This document shows, piece by piece, positions 37,469 through 50,867 of a stretch of 64,000 nucleotides of DNA. The stretch is from positions 1 through 64,000 of the forward strand of contig QPGO01000280.1 in assembly GCA_008632985.1 (NCBI GenBank). Direction: 5' to 3'. This DNA comes from Psammoneis japonica. Lineage: Eukaryota. Both the position numbers and the translations under genes were made by a program. How positions within the stretch are numbered: position 1 is the first letter of the stretch; the number at the start of each line of letters is the position of its first letter. A model generated the notes under the pieces. That model was given only the letters and a program-made list of their open reading frames with translations. It did not search any database and was not told the DNA's origin.

Positions 37469-38572
37469 TCAGAGATCTGAATCCAAGTTGATGATGCACA
37501 ACGTGTGACAAGTGTTTTGGCTTGTCTCTGCTGAGTTCTTGACAGTTTCACACTTTCGATGCTTCACTTTCCTCTCTGAGTAAGTCTCACTCTCATTGTC
37601 ATCAAGCAACCACAGAGTGGTGCTGTCGTCCCCAGTCATGCGTTCGACGCAGTCATCGTTGAAAGGAAGGTTCTCGTGGTTGAGACCAATGACAATTCTC
37701 TTTGGGTGAGGTAGAATGGCTTCATCTAGTGGAGCAACTCCATTTTTGCATGGTGCACCAACATTTCGCTCCAAAACAAGAGACAACTTGTAGTTGACGG
37801 GAACATCTCGCACCAATTCCATGGCGTTGGCCACAGATCTCTCGACAGTCGCCACTGCTCTGCGGACAGGTCGTGACATTGCATGGTGTGGCTTCACCAG
37901 CGAGTCTTCACAAGCACGTTGGCGCTTTCCTGAAAGCTTTTTCCCACTTGCACTGTTCCTGGCATGCTTGTCCAGCATTTCCTGAGCATCGGAACAAAGC
38001 ACGACCTTCTCAAGCTCCGGAATGCACTCGTTGGAAACAGCGGGACGTTGACACATGCACTTCAATCTGTCAAACTCCTTCCTTTTGTCATCTGGAGACA
38101 AGCTGCACCACCAATTCATTGCAATGAGCTTCTCTTGAAGTGTCCTCGCATCAAGGATGAGGGACATTGGCAAGCAACGTCCATCGGCAGCAGTTTTCGT
38201 TCCGCATGGGAGTGCTTCTCTGAGATTCTTGCAAAGCTCGGTGTGGAGCTTTGGATCCATCCACACAGCATTGTCATTGTCTTTCATGTTGTTTGGTGGC
38301 ATGGTGTTGTCAATGAGAGCCTTGACTCCACGAATCTTTGCCGCTGGAATTGGAGCCATGGATCCAGTGGGTGACGATGGAAGCATGAACCCCGCCTTGC
38401 ACACATCACTGCCATTGGCAACGGACACCTCAAATTGTGGCGAGCTTTCTTCATTGTCACTTGCATCAGGTGTGACAGTGTTCATGGAAGGCATTGGACA
38501 CATTGCAGCACACAAAATAGAAGCCCCCGGGAGCCATCTTTTGCCATCGTCATTGGCATCAAATTGTGCCAA
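37469..38572 (-). pseudogene. Convergent second ORF of the TIR element, unknown function
   Basis: 367-aa ORF lying wholly within the TIRs. Confidence 0.45.
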
Positions 38573-38732
38573 CAGTGCGTTGGGTCGTGGAATTTTGTGC
38601 CCCTAATGCACTGACGGACAGAATTTTTTCAGCCACCAGCTGACTGGAGACGTCCCCCAGATTGACTGCCGCAGGGCCCGAAATCAAGAGCCGACCGCTG
38701 CTCTCTTCGCTGGTGACGTCATTGGAACATGG

Positions 38733-41700
38733 ATGGCATGTCTCACGGAACTGGAGCAATTCAAGTCTGCAGACTCGGATGACAAATCGGCTGCCAAAAT
38801 GGCCATGGAGCTCAAGAACCCACATGACTGGCCCACCTTCCAAGAGTTGCTGGAGACCGAACTACGTCACCACTGCAGCACCTTTGCCGGCATCCCCCTC
38901 ATCTGCCTCACCAGGGAGCATGAAGATGTCACCGCCGAAATGTTGGCTGCCACCCACACTGCCATTGACAAGGACCTTGTTGCCACTGCTCAACTTGCAG
39001 GAGCTCAGCACACGCAGGACAGGCAACGCCTGTATGATCTCTTGAAGAAGTCAGTGACAGGTGGGCCTGGATGGGCTTTTGTCAAGCCTTCCAATCACAA
39101 CCGCGATGGTCGCACTGCTTTCTTTGCACTTGAGAGGCAGGCAGAAGGATCGGCTGCCGCCACCACCCAAAAGAACCATGCTTGTGCACAGATTGCTGCT
39201 GCAACGCACACCGGACGGGGTCAATTTGCTTTTGACCAGTGCATCCAGCATCATCAAAAGGCTCACAACGACTTGTCTGAGCTTGATGAAGCGGCAGCCA
39301 AGACCAAGAAGGTCTCTGACTTTCTAAAGGGTGTTTCCGACCCCAGGTTGGAAACTGGCAAGAGTGCAGTGGATGGAGACCCGACGAAGCTAGCGGATTT
39401 CAAGGCATGCCAGCAGCATGTGAAGACTCTGGCAGAAAATGCTAAGAATTGCAATGCTGATGCTCACGGGATTGCATCCATCCAATGCCGCAACAACCGG
39501 CGTGGAAACCCTGGCGGAAAGCACCAACCTAAAAAGGACAAGCCCAGGATCCGGGCAGGCCATTGTCCCATTGAAGAGTGGAATGCTCTTGACGGTCCTG
39601 AGCAAGAGCAAGTTCAAAAGCTCCGTGATGCCAAGAAAGCCAAAAAGAAATGCAAAGCTGCAGCTGCATCCTTGGAGGCTGAGTCGGTCGACACCGAAAC
39701 TCGCGCTGTTAAGAAAGTGGCTGTTGTCGAGCCTGATCCTCAACCCACTGATGAACCAAAGGACTCTGAAGAGCCCAGTGAACCTGCCGCCAATGCAGGC
39801 ACCCAGTTCGGACGTGGTGCACACAAGAAACCTCAGAAGGAGGAATGAACAGTTGCGCCAGCACCAAAAGGCATAGAGCCGAATGTTGCTGAACCTGCTG
39901 GCATCACACATTTGTCTGAGCGATTCTCAAAGGATGTGCGTGTCTCTTTGTCATCTGCTGGAAATTCAGATGATGAAGCAACCACTGATTTGGACTCGCA
40001 CGCTGACACGTGTGCTGTTGGGTCCAATTTTATAATGTGCTCTGATGTCGTTAGAACTGTCGTGGCACACCCTTGCTCTGAAGAGCATGCACCAATGGAA
40101 AATGTTCCTATTTGCATGGCTGCTGCCATGTGGGTTGATCCAACTGATGGGCAACCATGCCTGCTGCCAGTCCATGAGGCTGTGTTTTTCGGGGACAAGA
40201 TGACTGACACTCTCCTGTGCCCCAACCAACTGCGAGCGAATGGACTGATTGTCCACGATGCCCCTTGCCAGTTTGATCCAACTGGCACACACTCTGTTTC
40301 TTTCCCTGACTTGAAGATCAGGACACCATTGTGAACACAAGGTGTTGCTTCAGTCTTTGATTCACACAAGCCGACAAAGAAGGATCTGGAGAACCTCCCC
40401 CAGCTGGAACTCACATCACCCCTGAGATGGGAGCCTTCTGCTGATGCCCTGGCACAAAAGGAGGAAGAGCATGCATGTGCTGGTGCATGCCAAGGATCAG
40501 CAAAGTCGGACGGACGGTCGACGATGATGAATGCGACCAGGTGTGTCGCTTCCATTCATTCATGCCAAACGTCCTGTCACGACGAGAATGTCATTGTGGA
40601 CACTGATGACAACAATTCTTTGTATCACCACCTGGTTGCTCAGGCAAATGTCTCCCACAACGACATTGAGGGAGACGGGCCACATGACCGGTGTGACCTG
40701 GACGTCCACCCGGATTGTGCCAAGCGGAAACGGGTGCATGCATTGTCGACCTCAGGTCGTGCATCAACCATCACACCCGAGACACTTTCTAAAAGGTGGA
40801 ACATTGGCCTGACGGGCGCCAAGAACACCCTTAGAGTGACAACCCAGGCAGGGGTCCGCAATGTCCACACACAATCCAAATGGAAAGTCTGGAAGAAAGC
40901 CCCTTGGCTTAAGTTCCCTGCTGTCAAGGGACGCTTCTACTCTGACCAGATGTTTTTGAAGGTCAAATCGATGCATGGCAAGACAGGAGGAAGCGTGTTT
41001 GCCAACGGAAGAGGGTGTGACAGGTTCCATCCTTGGAAGAGGAAACAGGACCACCCAAACACCGTCATGTCATTCATGCATGACGTTGGCGCACCGCAAG
41101 TCCTTCCATTTCTGAGTTGAAGAAGAGAGTCCGTGTGACTCTACGCCGGACTGGCGCTCACAGGCGACTTTGGTCCCACAGTGCCAAATGGACATGTGAT
41201 GTCCGACGCATGATTGCGACTGGCACATTGGACATGGGAGGATGAGCATCAGAAGAGGAGGTGACCGGTTCAACACCTGACATTTCGTCCCTCTCCCTCT
41301 TTGATTGGTGTCAACCTGTCTGTTGCCACATGCCTGTGGCGGAGTTCCCACATGAGAAGAAGTGCATTGGCCATTGGCTCGGAGCAGCTGACAATTGCAC
41401 TGTTGACATGGCATTTGTCATTTTGCCCAAATCAGGCAAACCCATCATTTGGAAGGATGCATGGGTCATGCTGGAGGATGACCTAAAACTCCGGCGATCC
41501 AGACGGATCTTGCATTGGTTGATCAAGCTTTGATCGAACGGCTTAGCATCCCGGAACAGGATGCCAGTGCTGACTTCCCTGAACTCCCTGATGACTTCAT
41601 GGACGAATGGGACGATGCCGTTGAACCCGTGGAACCCGACGCTTCCAAACCGGAAGCTGATGAGCACACCCCGGAAGGGCTGGATGAGTGTCTCACAGCT

Positions 41701-43826
41701 CAAGTCATGTCACCACGCGGAGGCGAGCTGACTCATGCTAGGGTCATTGCACGCAAACAAGACAGTGACGGGATTCCCATTGGTGCCAGGAACGACAACC
41801 CTGTCCCAGACTCGAGGATGTGCAATGTGGAATTTCCTGATGGATCCGCTGACTCCTGTGCTGCCAACGTAATTGCAGAGAACCCATTTGCTCAGATTGA
41901 CTCTGAAGGGAATGTCTGCCAGGTCATGAAGGAGACAGTCAATCACCGACATGATGCCCGTGCCACAATGGCCAATGATGGGTGCACAACGACTAAGACT
42001 GGCAGGCGTGCTCCTGGGAGGACGACCACAGGCTGGGACCTGCAAGTCAAATGGAAGGATGGGACTGCATCCTGAGTTCCTCTCAAGGATTTGAAGGAAT
42101 CCAATCCAGTCGAGGTTGCTGAGTGCACTGTGGCAAACAAAGCAGCTGGTGAACCAGCCTTTAACTGGTGGGTCCAAGACGTCTTGCGTTGCAGGTCAAG
42201 GATCCTGAAGAAAGTCAAGTCGCGCCACTGGAAATGTGTGCATGAGTTCGGAATTGAACTCCTGAAATCTGTCAAGGAAGCCATGGAGATGGATGACAGA
42301 ATGGGGACTGACTTCTGGTTCCAGGCTGTCGAGAAGGAAATGCGCAACGTCATGCCTGCACTCAAATTCCGTGATGACGACACTGCACCGGTCGGGTGCA
42401 AACATGTTGATTGTCACATGATTTTTGACATCAAGAGCACCCTCCAACGTAAAGCGAGGTTCGTGGCCGGAGGCCATCAAACCGATCCACCCAAGGAATC
42501 GACCCATTCTAGCGTGGTGTCACGTGACAGCGACAGGACAGCATTCACAACAGCAGCTCTGAATGACCTGGAGGTCCTGAGTGCTGATGTTCAGAATGCC
42601 TGCTTGAATGCGCACACTGAGGAAAAGTGATGCACCACTGCTGGCCTGGAATTTGGGAAGCAGAACGAGGGAAGGCCGGTGATCATTGTTCGTGCCTTGT
42701 GTGGTCTCAAGTCTTCAGGTGCAAGATTTAGGGAACACATGGCAGCTGCTCTGCGGGATGCTGGGTTTGAGTCTTGCAAGGCTGACCTGGATGTCTGGAT
42801 GCAAGCTGCGGTTAAGCCGGATGGCTTCAAGCACTGGGAACATGTGCTTGTCTGCGTGGATGACTTGCTGTGCATCTCCCATGAACCTCAGAAGGTCATG
42901 GATTGCATGAGCTCTGGGTGCACGCTCAAGGACGGAAGTGTCTGCGAGCCGGAAGAGCACTCAGGCGCCCAGATCAGAAAGTGCCAGCTGTCTGACTCGG
43001 ATGGTGAGACATGCTTGGCTGTGTCCTCTGACCATGTCAAAAGGGCATTGGCTGATGTTGAATCAGAGCTTAAGAAAACTGGTGGGCATCTTCCAACGAA
43101 GGCGTCAACGCCCTTGAGCTCGGGGTGCAGGCCTGAACTGGACGGTTCACCTGAGTTGAACGCCAAAACGGCTGACTGCTGCCAAGGCCTTGTTGGTGTG
43201 CTGCGATGGGCAGTTGAACTGGGGCGAGTGGACATTTTTGTTGCTGTCTCGCTCATGTCCTCCTGCTTGGTGGCACCACGAGTTGGACACCTGGACAAGG
43301 TGCTCCATGTCTTTGCATGCTTGAAGGCTCACTCCAAGCCTGTGCCAGTGTTCGACAACACTGAGCCCGTCTTTGACGAGAGTTGCTTTGCCAAGTGTGA
43401 TTGGGAAGAACATTGCCCTGGCGCGGCTGAACCAATGCCGCCGAACATGCCAGAGGCATGCAGGAATGGCATGACCACTGCTTGCTTTGTTGATGCTGAT
43501 CACACCGGATGCCGTGTGACACGCAGGTCCCACACTGGGATCCTGACATTTGTTCAATGAGCGCCCATCTTGTGTTGCTCCAAGCGGCAGAATGCCGTAG
43601 AGTCCTCTGCTTTTGGGTCGGAATTTGTGGCTATGAAGACTGCAGTGGAGCAAATTGAAGCCTTGCGTTGCAAGCTTCGGATGCTCAGAATCCCCATGGA
43701 TGGGGCCACTGACGGTTTCTGCGATGATGAGGCTGTCTTCAAGAACTCAACTAAACCAGAGTCCACTTTAAAGAAGAAGCACAATGCAGTTGCCTGTCAC
43801 AGGACTCGTGAGGCACAAGCCACTGC
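38733..43826 (+). pseudogene. pol: CoDi-2 gag-pol, multiply disrupted
   Basis: Same motifs as CoDi-1 (LDSHADTC, KARFVAGGH, VCVDDLL, FVDADHTG). Has an internal deletion near 41106. Confidence 0.9.
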
Positions 43827-44239
43827 TCAGAATGCTGTGCACTGCCCAATGAGTGCGGGAGGTTCTCAACAACCCAAGAGGCAAAGAAATTGCCACTCGG
43901 CTAATTGTTGAGTCCCTTCTCCGCACACACATTTAGGCATGTGTTGTGCACAGCATCATCACACAGCATTTGTCCAACTCTCCCTCTTGTTGCAGGATGG
44001 GGCATCGCCTTGGGGCGCATCCGCATGGTGGACTTACGAATTTGACCATGCACTCCCTCTGTCAGGCAGGCGGATGGGTTAGCGCCATGTGGCGCATCCG
44101 GCCAACACCAAGGGATGAGGAGTGGGTTCGAAGCCCAACCGCCCACCCCAGATGGGGTTGGAAAGGGGCAGGCCGAGAAAGAAAAGGAGGCTTGGATTTT
44201 GAGGCCGATTTGAACCAGCGACCTCAGGAAGCGTAAAGA

Positions 44240-45167
44240 CTCACAACCACTGCGGCATTGAAGGAAGGATGGACTGCACGTCAGGCAGACTACACCACAG
44301 CCTTCTGCCAAGCTGACATCGCCGAGGAAGTTTGTGTGACACCGCCGAAGGGTTTTGCGCCGAGGTCGGGACTCAATGTGGTTCTCAAACTTTTGAAAGG
44401 ACCACACAGCCTAAAACAGTCTCCCAAGGGCTTCTACGAGAACTTGCGAGCTGGTTTAACCGAGCGCGGATGGGTGCCTTCAACAACAGATCCCTGTTTG
44501 TATTTCAAAGAGGGTGTGATGTGTGTGGTGCACGTCGACGACACAGCATTTGCTGGAGCTTCAGCTGAAGCTCTAGAAGAAGAAATTCGCAAGTTGGGAG
44601 TCTCCGACAACAAACATCACCACGCATTTGAACTCAGAGACAAAGGAGAAGTCGGTGACTTTCTCGGTGTCAAGATCGAAAAGCTCTCTGAGGGTTGATT
44701 TCTACTCACTCAACCCGGTCTAATTGACAAGGTCCTGCGCACCGCACAGATGCAGGATTGCAATGGAGCATCTGCTCCAGCTCTACCTGCGGCCATTGGT
44801 GCCAACATGGATGGCCTGCCTTTTGATGAACCCTGCGATTGTCGCTCAGTTGTTGGAATGTTGATGTGCTTGGCAGCGAACAGCCGGCCAGACATTGCAC
44901 ATGCCACACATCAAGCAGCTCGATTTTCGTTTGCACCCCGAGCGTCCCACGCTGCTGCAGTGAAGCAGATGCTCCGACACCTCAAAGCCACTGCCACTGA
45001 AGGTCTCATTCTCAAGCCTGCGCAAGATCATCGAGTTGATTGTTACTTCGATTCTGACTTCGCGGGGTTGTTTGGTGTGGAAGATGGTCAAGACCCAGTT
45101 TCTGTCAAGTCCAGGACTGGACACCTCATCTGCTGCGCCGGCTGCCCGCTTGTCTGGGTGTCCAAGC
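44240..45167 (+). pseudogene. Inverted partial copy of the second Copia family's RT region
   Basis: Reverse complement of about 45878-46800 (ADYTTAFCQ, DPCLYF, HVDD, SRPDIA, FDSDFAG). Confidence 0.88.
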
Positions 45168-45169
45168 TG

Positions 45170-48100
45170 CAGTCGAGATGTGCTCCTGCAGCTGGTGGGA
45201 TGGACAAGACCTCGGAGGTTGGCAGCAATGTGAGTGGCAACAGAGGCAAACAGACGCTTGTTTCAAAGTCGTTGTCTAAAAATTGTGACGAAAGTCGTTG
45301 GTCTGTTTTGAATCGATTTTGTGATGAGCCATTTATTTCGAAGAGAAAATCTGAGTCTGGGTTGCAGTCATGAGATGCGACCAGAATGACGTTGAGTCGT
45401 GACTCTCCCTCTCAACCAAGAGAGCTCACCAGCCCATGAGAGCCTTTCCAGCCGCACGGAACGCATCGGTCCGCAGTCCCTTCGTGAACTGATCGGCCAG
45501 TTGCTCTAGAGTGCTGACAGGTTGGATGTCGATCTCCAATTGTTCGACTTTAGTCCTAAACCAATGGTGCAGGACACCGATGTGTTTGGTTCGCGGAGAC
45601 AACTTGGGCATGCATGTGAACTTGAGGCACGCGGAGTTATCTTCACACACAACGGATGCAGGTGGGACATTCTGCTCAACAGGCGAGTCATCGGTGCCTT
45701 GGTTTGCCAGCTCAAAAGCCTTGGAGTGAGTCGTGATGGGGTTTTGGTGGTCAGACTTTCCGAATGCGTGGTGGTTGCGCTCCTTGAGAACTTCACGAAT
45801 GGGGATGAGATCGCGCACAGCTTGAGAAAGTGCGACACATTCCGCTTCCATGGTCGACAATGCCACAAGAGTCTGTGGCTTGGACACCCAGACAAGCGGG
45901 CAGCCGGCGCAGCAGATGAGGTGTCCAGTCCTGGACTTGACAGAAACTGGGTCTTGACCATCTTCCACACCAAATGACCCCGCGAAGTCAGAATCGACGT
46001 GACAATCAACTCGATGATCTTGCGTGGGCTTGAGAATGAGACCTTCAGTGGCAGTGGCTTTGAGGCATCAGAGCATCCGCTTCACTGCAGCAGCGTGGGA
46101 CACTCGGGGTGCAAACAAAAACCGAGCTGCTTGATGTGTGGCACATGCAATGTCTGGCCGGCTGTTTGCTGCCAAGTGCATCAACATTCCAACAACTGAG
46201 CGACAATCGCAGGGTTCATCAAAAGGCAGGCCGTCCGTGTCAGCACCAATGGCCGCAGGTAGAGCTGGAGCAGATGCTCCATTGCAATCCTGCATCTGTG
46301 CGGTGCGCAGGACCTTGTCAATTAGACCGGGTTGAGTGAGTAGAAATCGACCCTTGGAGAGCTTTTTGATCTTGACACCGAGAAAGTTGCCGACTTCTCC
46401 TTCGTCTCTGAGTTCAAATGCGTGGCGATGTTCGTCGTCGGAGACTCCTAACTTGCGAATTTCTTCTTCTAGAGCTTCAGCTGAAGCTCCAGCAAATGCT
46501 GTGTCGTCGACGTGCACCACACACATCATGCCCTCTTTGAAATACAAACAGGGATCCATTGTTGAAGGCACCCATCCGCGCTTGGTTAAACCAGCTCGCA
46601 ACTTCTCGTAGAAGCCCTTGGGAGACTGTTTTAGGCCGCACAGTCCTTTCAAAAGTTTGAGAACCATGTTGAGTCCCGACCTCGGTGCAAAACCCTTTGG
46701 CGGTGTCACACAAACTTCCTCAACGACATCAGCTTGGCAGAAGGCTGTGGTGCAGTCTGCCTGACGTGCAGTCCATCCTTCCTTCAATGCCGCAGTGAGC
46801 ATGAGTCGGACACTGGACCATTGCACGACCGGCGTGCAGGTTTCAAAACAATCGACTCCTTCTTTCTGTAAATCACCGCGGATGCAGTGTCGGGCCTTGT
46901 GCTTGAGAGGGGTTCCATCTGGGAGTCTCTTGAGCTTAAGTGCCCATGTGCTTTGAAGTGCATTCACATGCGGCTGACGTTCGACTGCTTTCCAGGCTTG
47001 ACGATGTGTGAGTGCGTTGACCTCAATTTTCATCGCCTCAATCCATTCGTCGGCGTCCGGACCTTTCAGAGCATTGTGTGACGAAGGCATGTCAGGGTCC
47101 TTGGTTTTCTCACTAGCCACGCAGGCTCGTGGATCGCCGACATTGATGGTGCCACTGTCCAAATCCGTCTCAAGAGTCGCCAGATGAGCTGGTTGAGCCT
47201 CGTGTCCAATCGGCAGTGGCATTTCCTTGATGGAGCTGAAGCAGACTTCATCTGCAAACTTGGCAGAGTTGAACTGTCCCTTGGTTGACCTTGAAGACCG
47301 TCGCAGCCCTGATGCTCCCTCTGGATTTGTCATGGGAGGTGTCTCGACTGGGGAGGAGCTGTTGGTTCCGTCGGCGCTTCGGGTGGTGGAAGTTTGTCAC
47401 TGTCTTGAGGTTCAGGTGGCTGAATTGGTGCAGAGTCCATAGAGTCTGTAGGAGCTTGAGTCGCAGGTGGGACTGGTGGCATTGGCTGTTGAATCGCAGG
47501 TGCGACTCGATCGGCAACGTCGTCACGAGAAGTGGGTGAATCCCGTGCAGTGATCAATGGAGTGGGCTCAAAATGGCCGCGAACACGTGTTGCTCTGGCC
47601 AGTTCTCGCTCTTTACATTGACACTCTGGAGGGGCAAGCCACTCATCGTGCAAATGGACTGATTGATCCTTCTCCAGAGGGATGCACATTGATTGGTTGA
47701 GACATGAGTGTTCCCAGTGACCAGGTGGATCTGTCTCCCTCTCGATTGATGGTGCGGTGGTGAAGAGATTGTCAAAGACCACATGATGCTGAGGAGCAAC
47801 ACTTCCAGTTTGTAGATTGAGGACCAAAGGAACCTCACTGGAATGGATGGCACTGAGTCCCACGAACAAAGCGCGACGAGTGCGAGGTTCCCAACGTGGG
47901 AGTTTCTTTCCGGAAGTGAGGGTTGGATCAAGTGCGTGCGCTGGACATCCCCATGTGTGAATGTCTCGCAACCAATGTCTTGGCACTGTCGAACTGGTGA
48001 AAATGTCCGCTGGGCAATGTCCCTTGGAATTTGGGGTGACATTGCAGATGTGCGTGGCACAAGAAACAGCCATGGGCCACAGGGAGCTGTCAATCCCTCC

Positions 48101-48178
48101 CTTCCTGTGAATGGATGCATGAAGCAACATCGCTCTCGCCATGTTGGAGATGCTTCGGATGCCCCGCTCTGCGACGCC
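45170..48178 (-). mobile_element. 5'-truncated Ty1/Copia of a second family (integrase C-terminus, RT, RNase H, PPT, probable partial 3' LTR)
   Basis: LWPMAV..WGCPAH..KLPRW; KHKARHCIRGDLQKEGVDCFET; HVDD; VALSTMEAEC; CEDN; RTKHI; QLADQFTK. PPT gagagggagag at 45403-45413 on the minus strand. Confidence 0.88.
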
Positions 48179-48556
48179 CTGGAATGGTGCACATTGCTTG
48201 GGAAGACGGACGCACGAATTTAGCGGATGTGCTGGCCAAGTTGTTGCCTGGACCGAAGCTCCAGGAAATCATAAGTCATGTCCCATGGTGAGTCCCAAAA
48301 GGGGACAAACCGAATGGGTTTGCCGCGCAGGTGCGGCTTTTCCCACCCCCAAAATGAAAATGCTGCCCTGGAATGGGGCAGCATCAGGTTGCATTTGTTT
48401 GTTGATCTGGCCCCGAGCGGAGCTGGCGTCAGTTCGAGGGGACTGAACAAATGCTGATGTGCTGTCACGAACACAGGCAGTTTATGCACTGTTGGCGATT
48501 GGTCCACTGTTGCTTGTTTGGCGGCCCCGGCAGCACAACATCTCACAATTCTAGAA

Positions 48557-49200
48557 CCTGTTGATGCTGTTCAACACTCTGTCTTGTCTTACACCCAATT
48601 CTTGGCCATCATGGCAGCATTTGTTCATCAGCAATGACCCCCACTTGTTCACACTTGAGGAGTTCACTGACCATTTTCTTGGTCCTGAGTGTGCAGCATC
48701 CCTCTCCATGGGTGCAGTGCCATCTGCTCCCACTCCTGGCTTGTTGCCACCAAAACCACGTTACCCCGTGCATGACTTTAAACAAGGAATCAAACATGAT
48801 CCACTTGCCTTTGTGATTCTCAAGTCAGACAAACAGCAGCACACATGGCACACCTCTGTTGTTGCACAGGCCCGCTCCCAGGACATTGACCGCATTCTCA
48901 ATCCAACACACAAGCCCTGTTGATGCTGTTCAACACTCTGTCTTGTCTCACACCCAATTCTTGGCCATCATGGCAGCATTTGTTCATCAGCAATGACCCC
49001 CACTTGTTCACACTTGAGGAGTTCACTGACCATTTTCTTGGTCCTGAGTGTGCAGCATCCCTCTCCATGGGTGCAGTGCCATCTGCTCCCACTCCTGGCT
49101 TGTTGCCACCAAAACCACATGACCCCGTGCATGACTTTAAATGAGGAATCAAACATGATCCACTTGCCTTCATGACTCTCAAGTCAGACAAACAGCAGCA
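48557..49200 (+). repeat. Tandem duplication (359-bp period) of an LTR end plus a gag-like fragment of another Copia family
   Basis: 48557-48841 matches 48916-49200. Peptide DFKQGIKHD..LKSDKQ..W..AQARSQD. Confidence 0.85.
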
Positions 49201-49993
49201 AATTGAAGCCTTGCGTTGCAAGCTTCGGATGCTCGGAATCCCCATGGATGGGGCCACTGACGTTTTCTGCGACAATGAGGCTGTCTTCAAGAACTCAACT
49301 AAACCAGAGTTCACTTCAAAGAAGAAGCACAATGCAATTGCCTGTCACAGGACTCGTGAGGCACAAGCCGCTGGAATGGTGCACATTGCTTGGGAAGATG
49401 GACGCACGAATTTAGCGGACGCACTGACTGAGTTGTTGCCTGGACCGAAGCTCCGGGAAATCACAAGTCATGTCCCATGGGGTGAGTCCCAAAAGGGGAC
49501 AAACCGAACGGGTTTGCCGTGCAGGTGCGGCTTTTCCCACCCCCAAAATGAAAATGCTGCCCTGGAACAGGGCAGCATCAGGTTGCATTTGTCTGTCGAT
49601 CTGGCCCGAGCGGAGCCAGTGTCAGTTCGAGGGGACTGAACAAATGCTGATGTGCTGTCACGAATGTGGGCAGTTCATGCACTGTTGGCGATTGGTCCAC
49701 TGTCGCTCATTTGGTGGCCCCGGCAGCGCAACATCTCACAATTCTAGAACCTGTTGATGCTGTTCAACACTCTGTCTTGTCTTGCACCCAATTCTCAGCT
49801 GTCATGGCAGCATTTGTTCAGGGGGTTTCGAACCCCTGGCCTTCTGCCTGATGGTTGCTCAATGAACCACTCTGCTGTGAATTCACAACGCAGCATGCAT
49901 GCAGACAAAAGGTCATTTTTGTCACAACCTTTGTGACTTTTAAAGGCTGCAACACGTCGCCGTGATGCGTTGGCTCTCATGAGCAGCTGGACA

Positions 49994-50867
49994 TTGCAAG
50001 TGTCCAAACAAGACGAGGCGGTCTTCAAGAAAGAACTGCAACACCTCTGCAACATTGGCGCATTGGAGCCAGTGGGACCGACGGAATGGGCAGCAGGAAC
50101 CTTCACAACACCCAAGAAGGACGGTCAAGTCAGGTGGGCATCCGACTTTCAAGATTTGAACAAAGTCCTCAAGTGAAAAGTTTGTCCTCCACCCATCATG
50201 CAAGATGCACCACACTGACGATCAGGGTGCAAGTTTTTGACCAAGTTGGACCTCACCATGTTTTGCTGTCACATCGAATTGGACGATGAGTTGAAGGACC
50301 TTTGCACAATTGTCACCCCATTTGGGGAGTTCCAACATTGCAGACCAGCCATGGGGCTGAAAACTTTGCCGGATGTTGCTCAAGCCATCATTGAAAAAGT
50401 GGCAAACGAACTTGATGTGGAGTCCTGCATTGATGACATTGCTCAATTTGATGATTTGTTTGATGCTCACATGTGTCGACTTGACAAGTTGTTGTCCAGG
50501 CTGGAGGAAAATGATCTCAAGGTCAATCCACTCAAGTGCAAGTGGTGCATCCAGGAGATGGATTTAAAAGTTGATGCAGTGTTGTGGATGCAACCTCCTC
50601 AGAACGTGACACAACTGTGATCTTTTGTCAGTGCAGTGACCTGCTGTCAAAACATGTGGCCCTGTTGCTCTCATGCACTCACTCCACTCACTAAATTGAC
50701 CAGCAAGAGTAAATTGGAATGGACCCCAGAGTGTCAGAAGGCTTTTGAAGATGTGAAGACTTTGACAATGGATGACACCCTTTGGGTCTGTCCAAATCAT
50801 GACAAACCCTTCCACATTTGTGCCGACTCCTCCGATCATCAAATGGGCACCATGATCATGCAAGATG
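49994..50867 (+). pseudogene. pol: Gypsy pol, part 2 (RT and start of RNase H)
   Basis: VFKKEL..EWAAGTFTTPKKDGQVRWASDF..LNK; KLDL; TIVTPFG; MGL; CIDD; KVNPLKC; PFHICADSSDHQMG. Confidence 0.88.

Larger units (their letters stand above)
33987..38659. mobile_element. Academ-like DNA transposon (4673 bp) with ~60-bp TIRs and a 4-bp GATT TSD, inserted in CoDi-2 gag
   Basis: TIR tgggggacgtctccag(c/t)cagctg(c/g)tggctgaaaaaattctgtccgtcagtgca at both ends. GATT at 33983-33986 and 38660-38663. The empty site tggattgact is seen in CoDi-1 at 10111. Confidence 0.88.
33063..49820 (+). mobile_element. Second copy of the CoDi-like Copia (CoDi-2), with nested insertions and a duplicated 3' end
   Basis: LTRs at 33063-33246, 48444-48627 and 49637-49820. 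gag/pol at 33770-33986, 38660-43826 and 48179-48291, collinear with CoDi-1. Confidence 0.9.
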
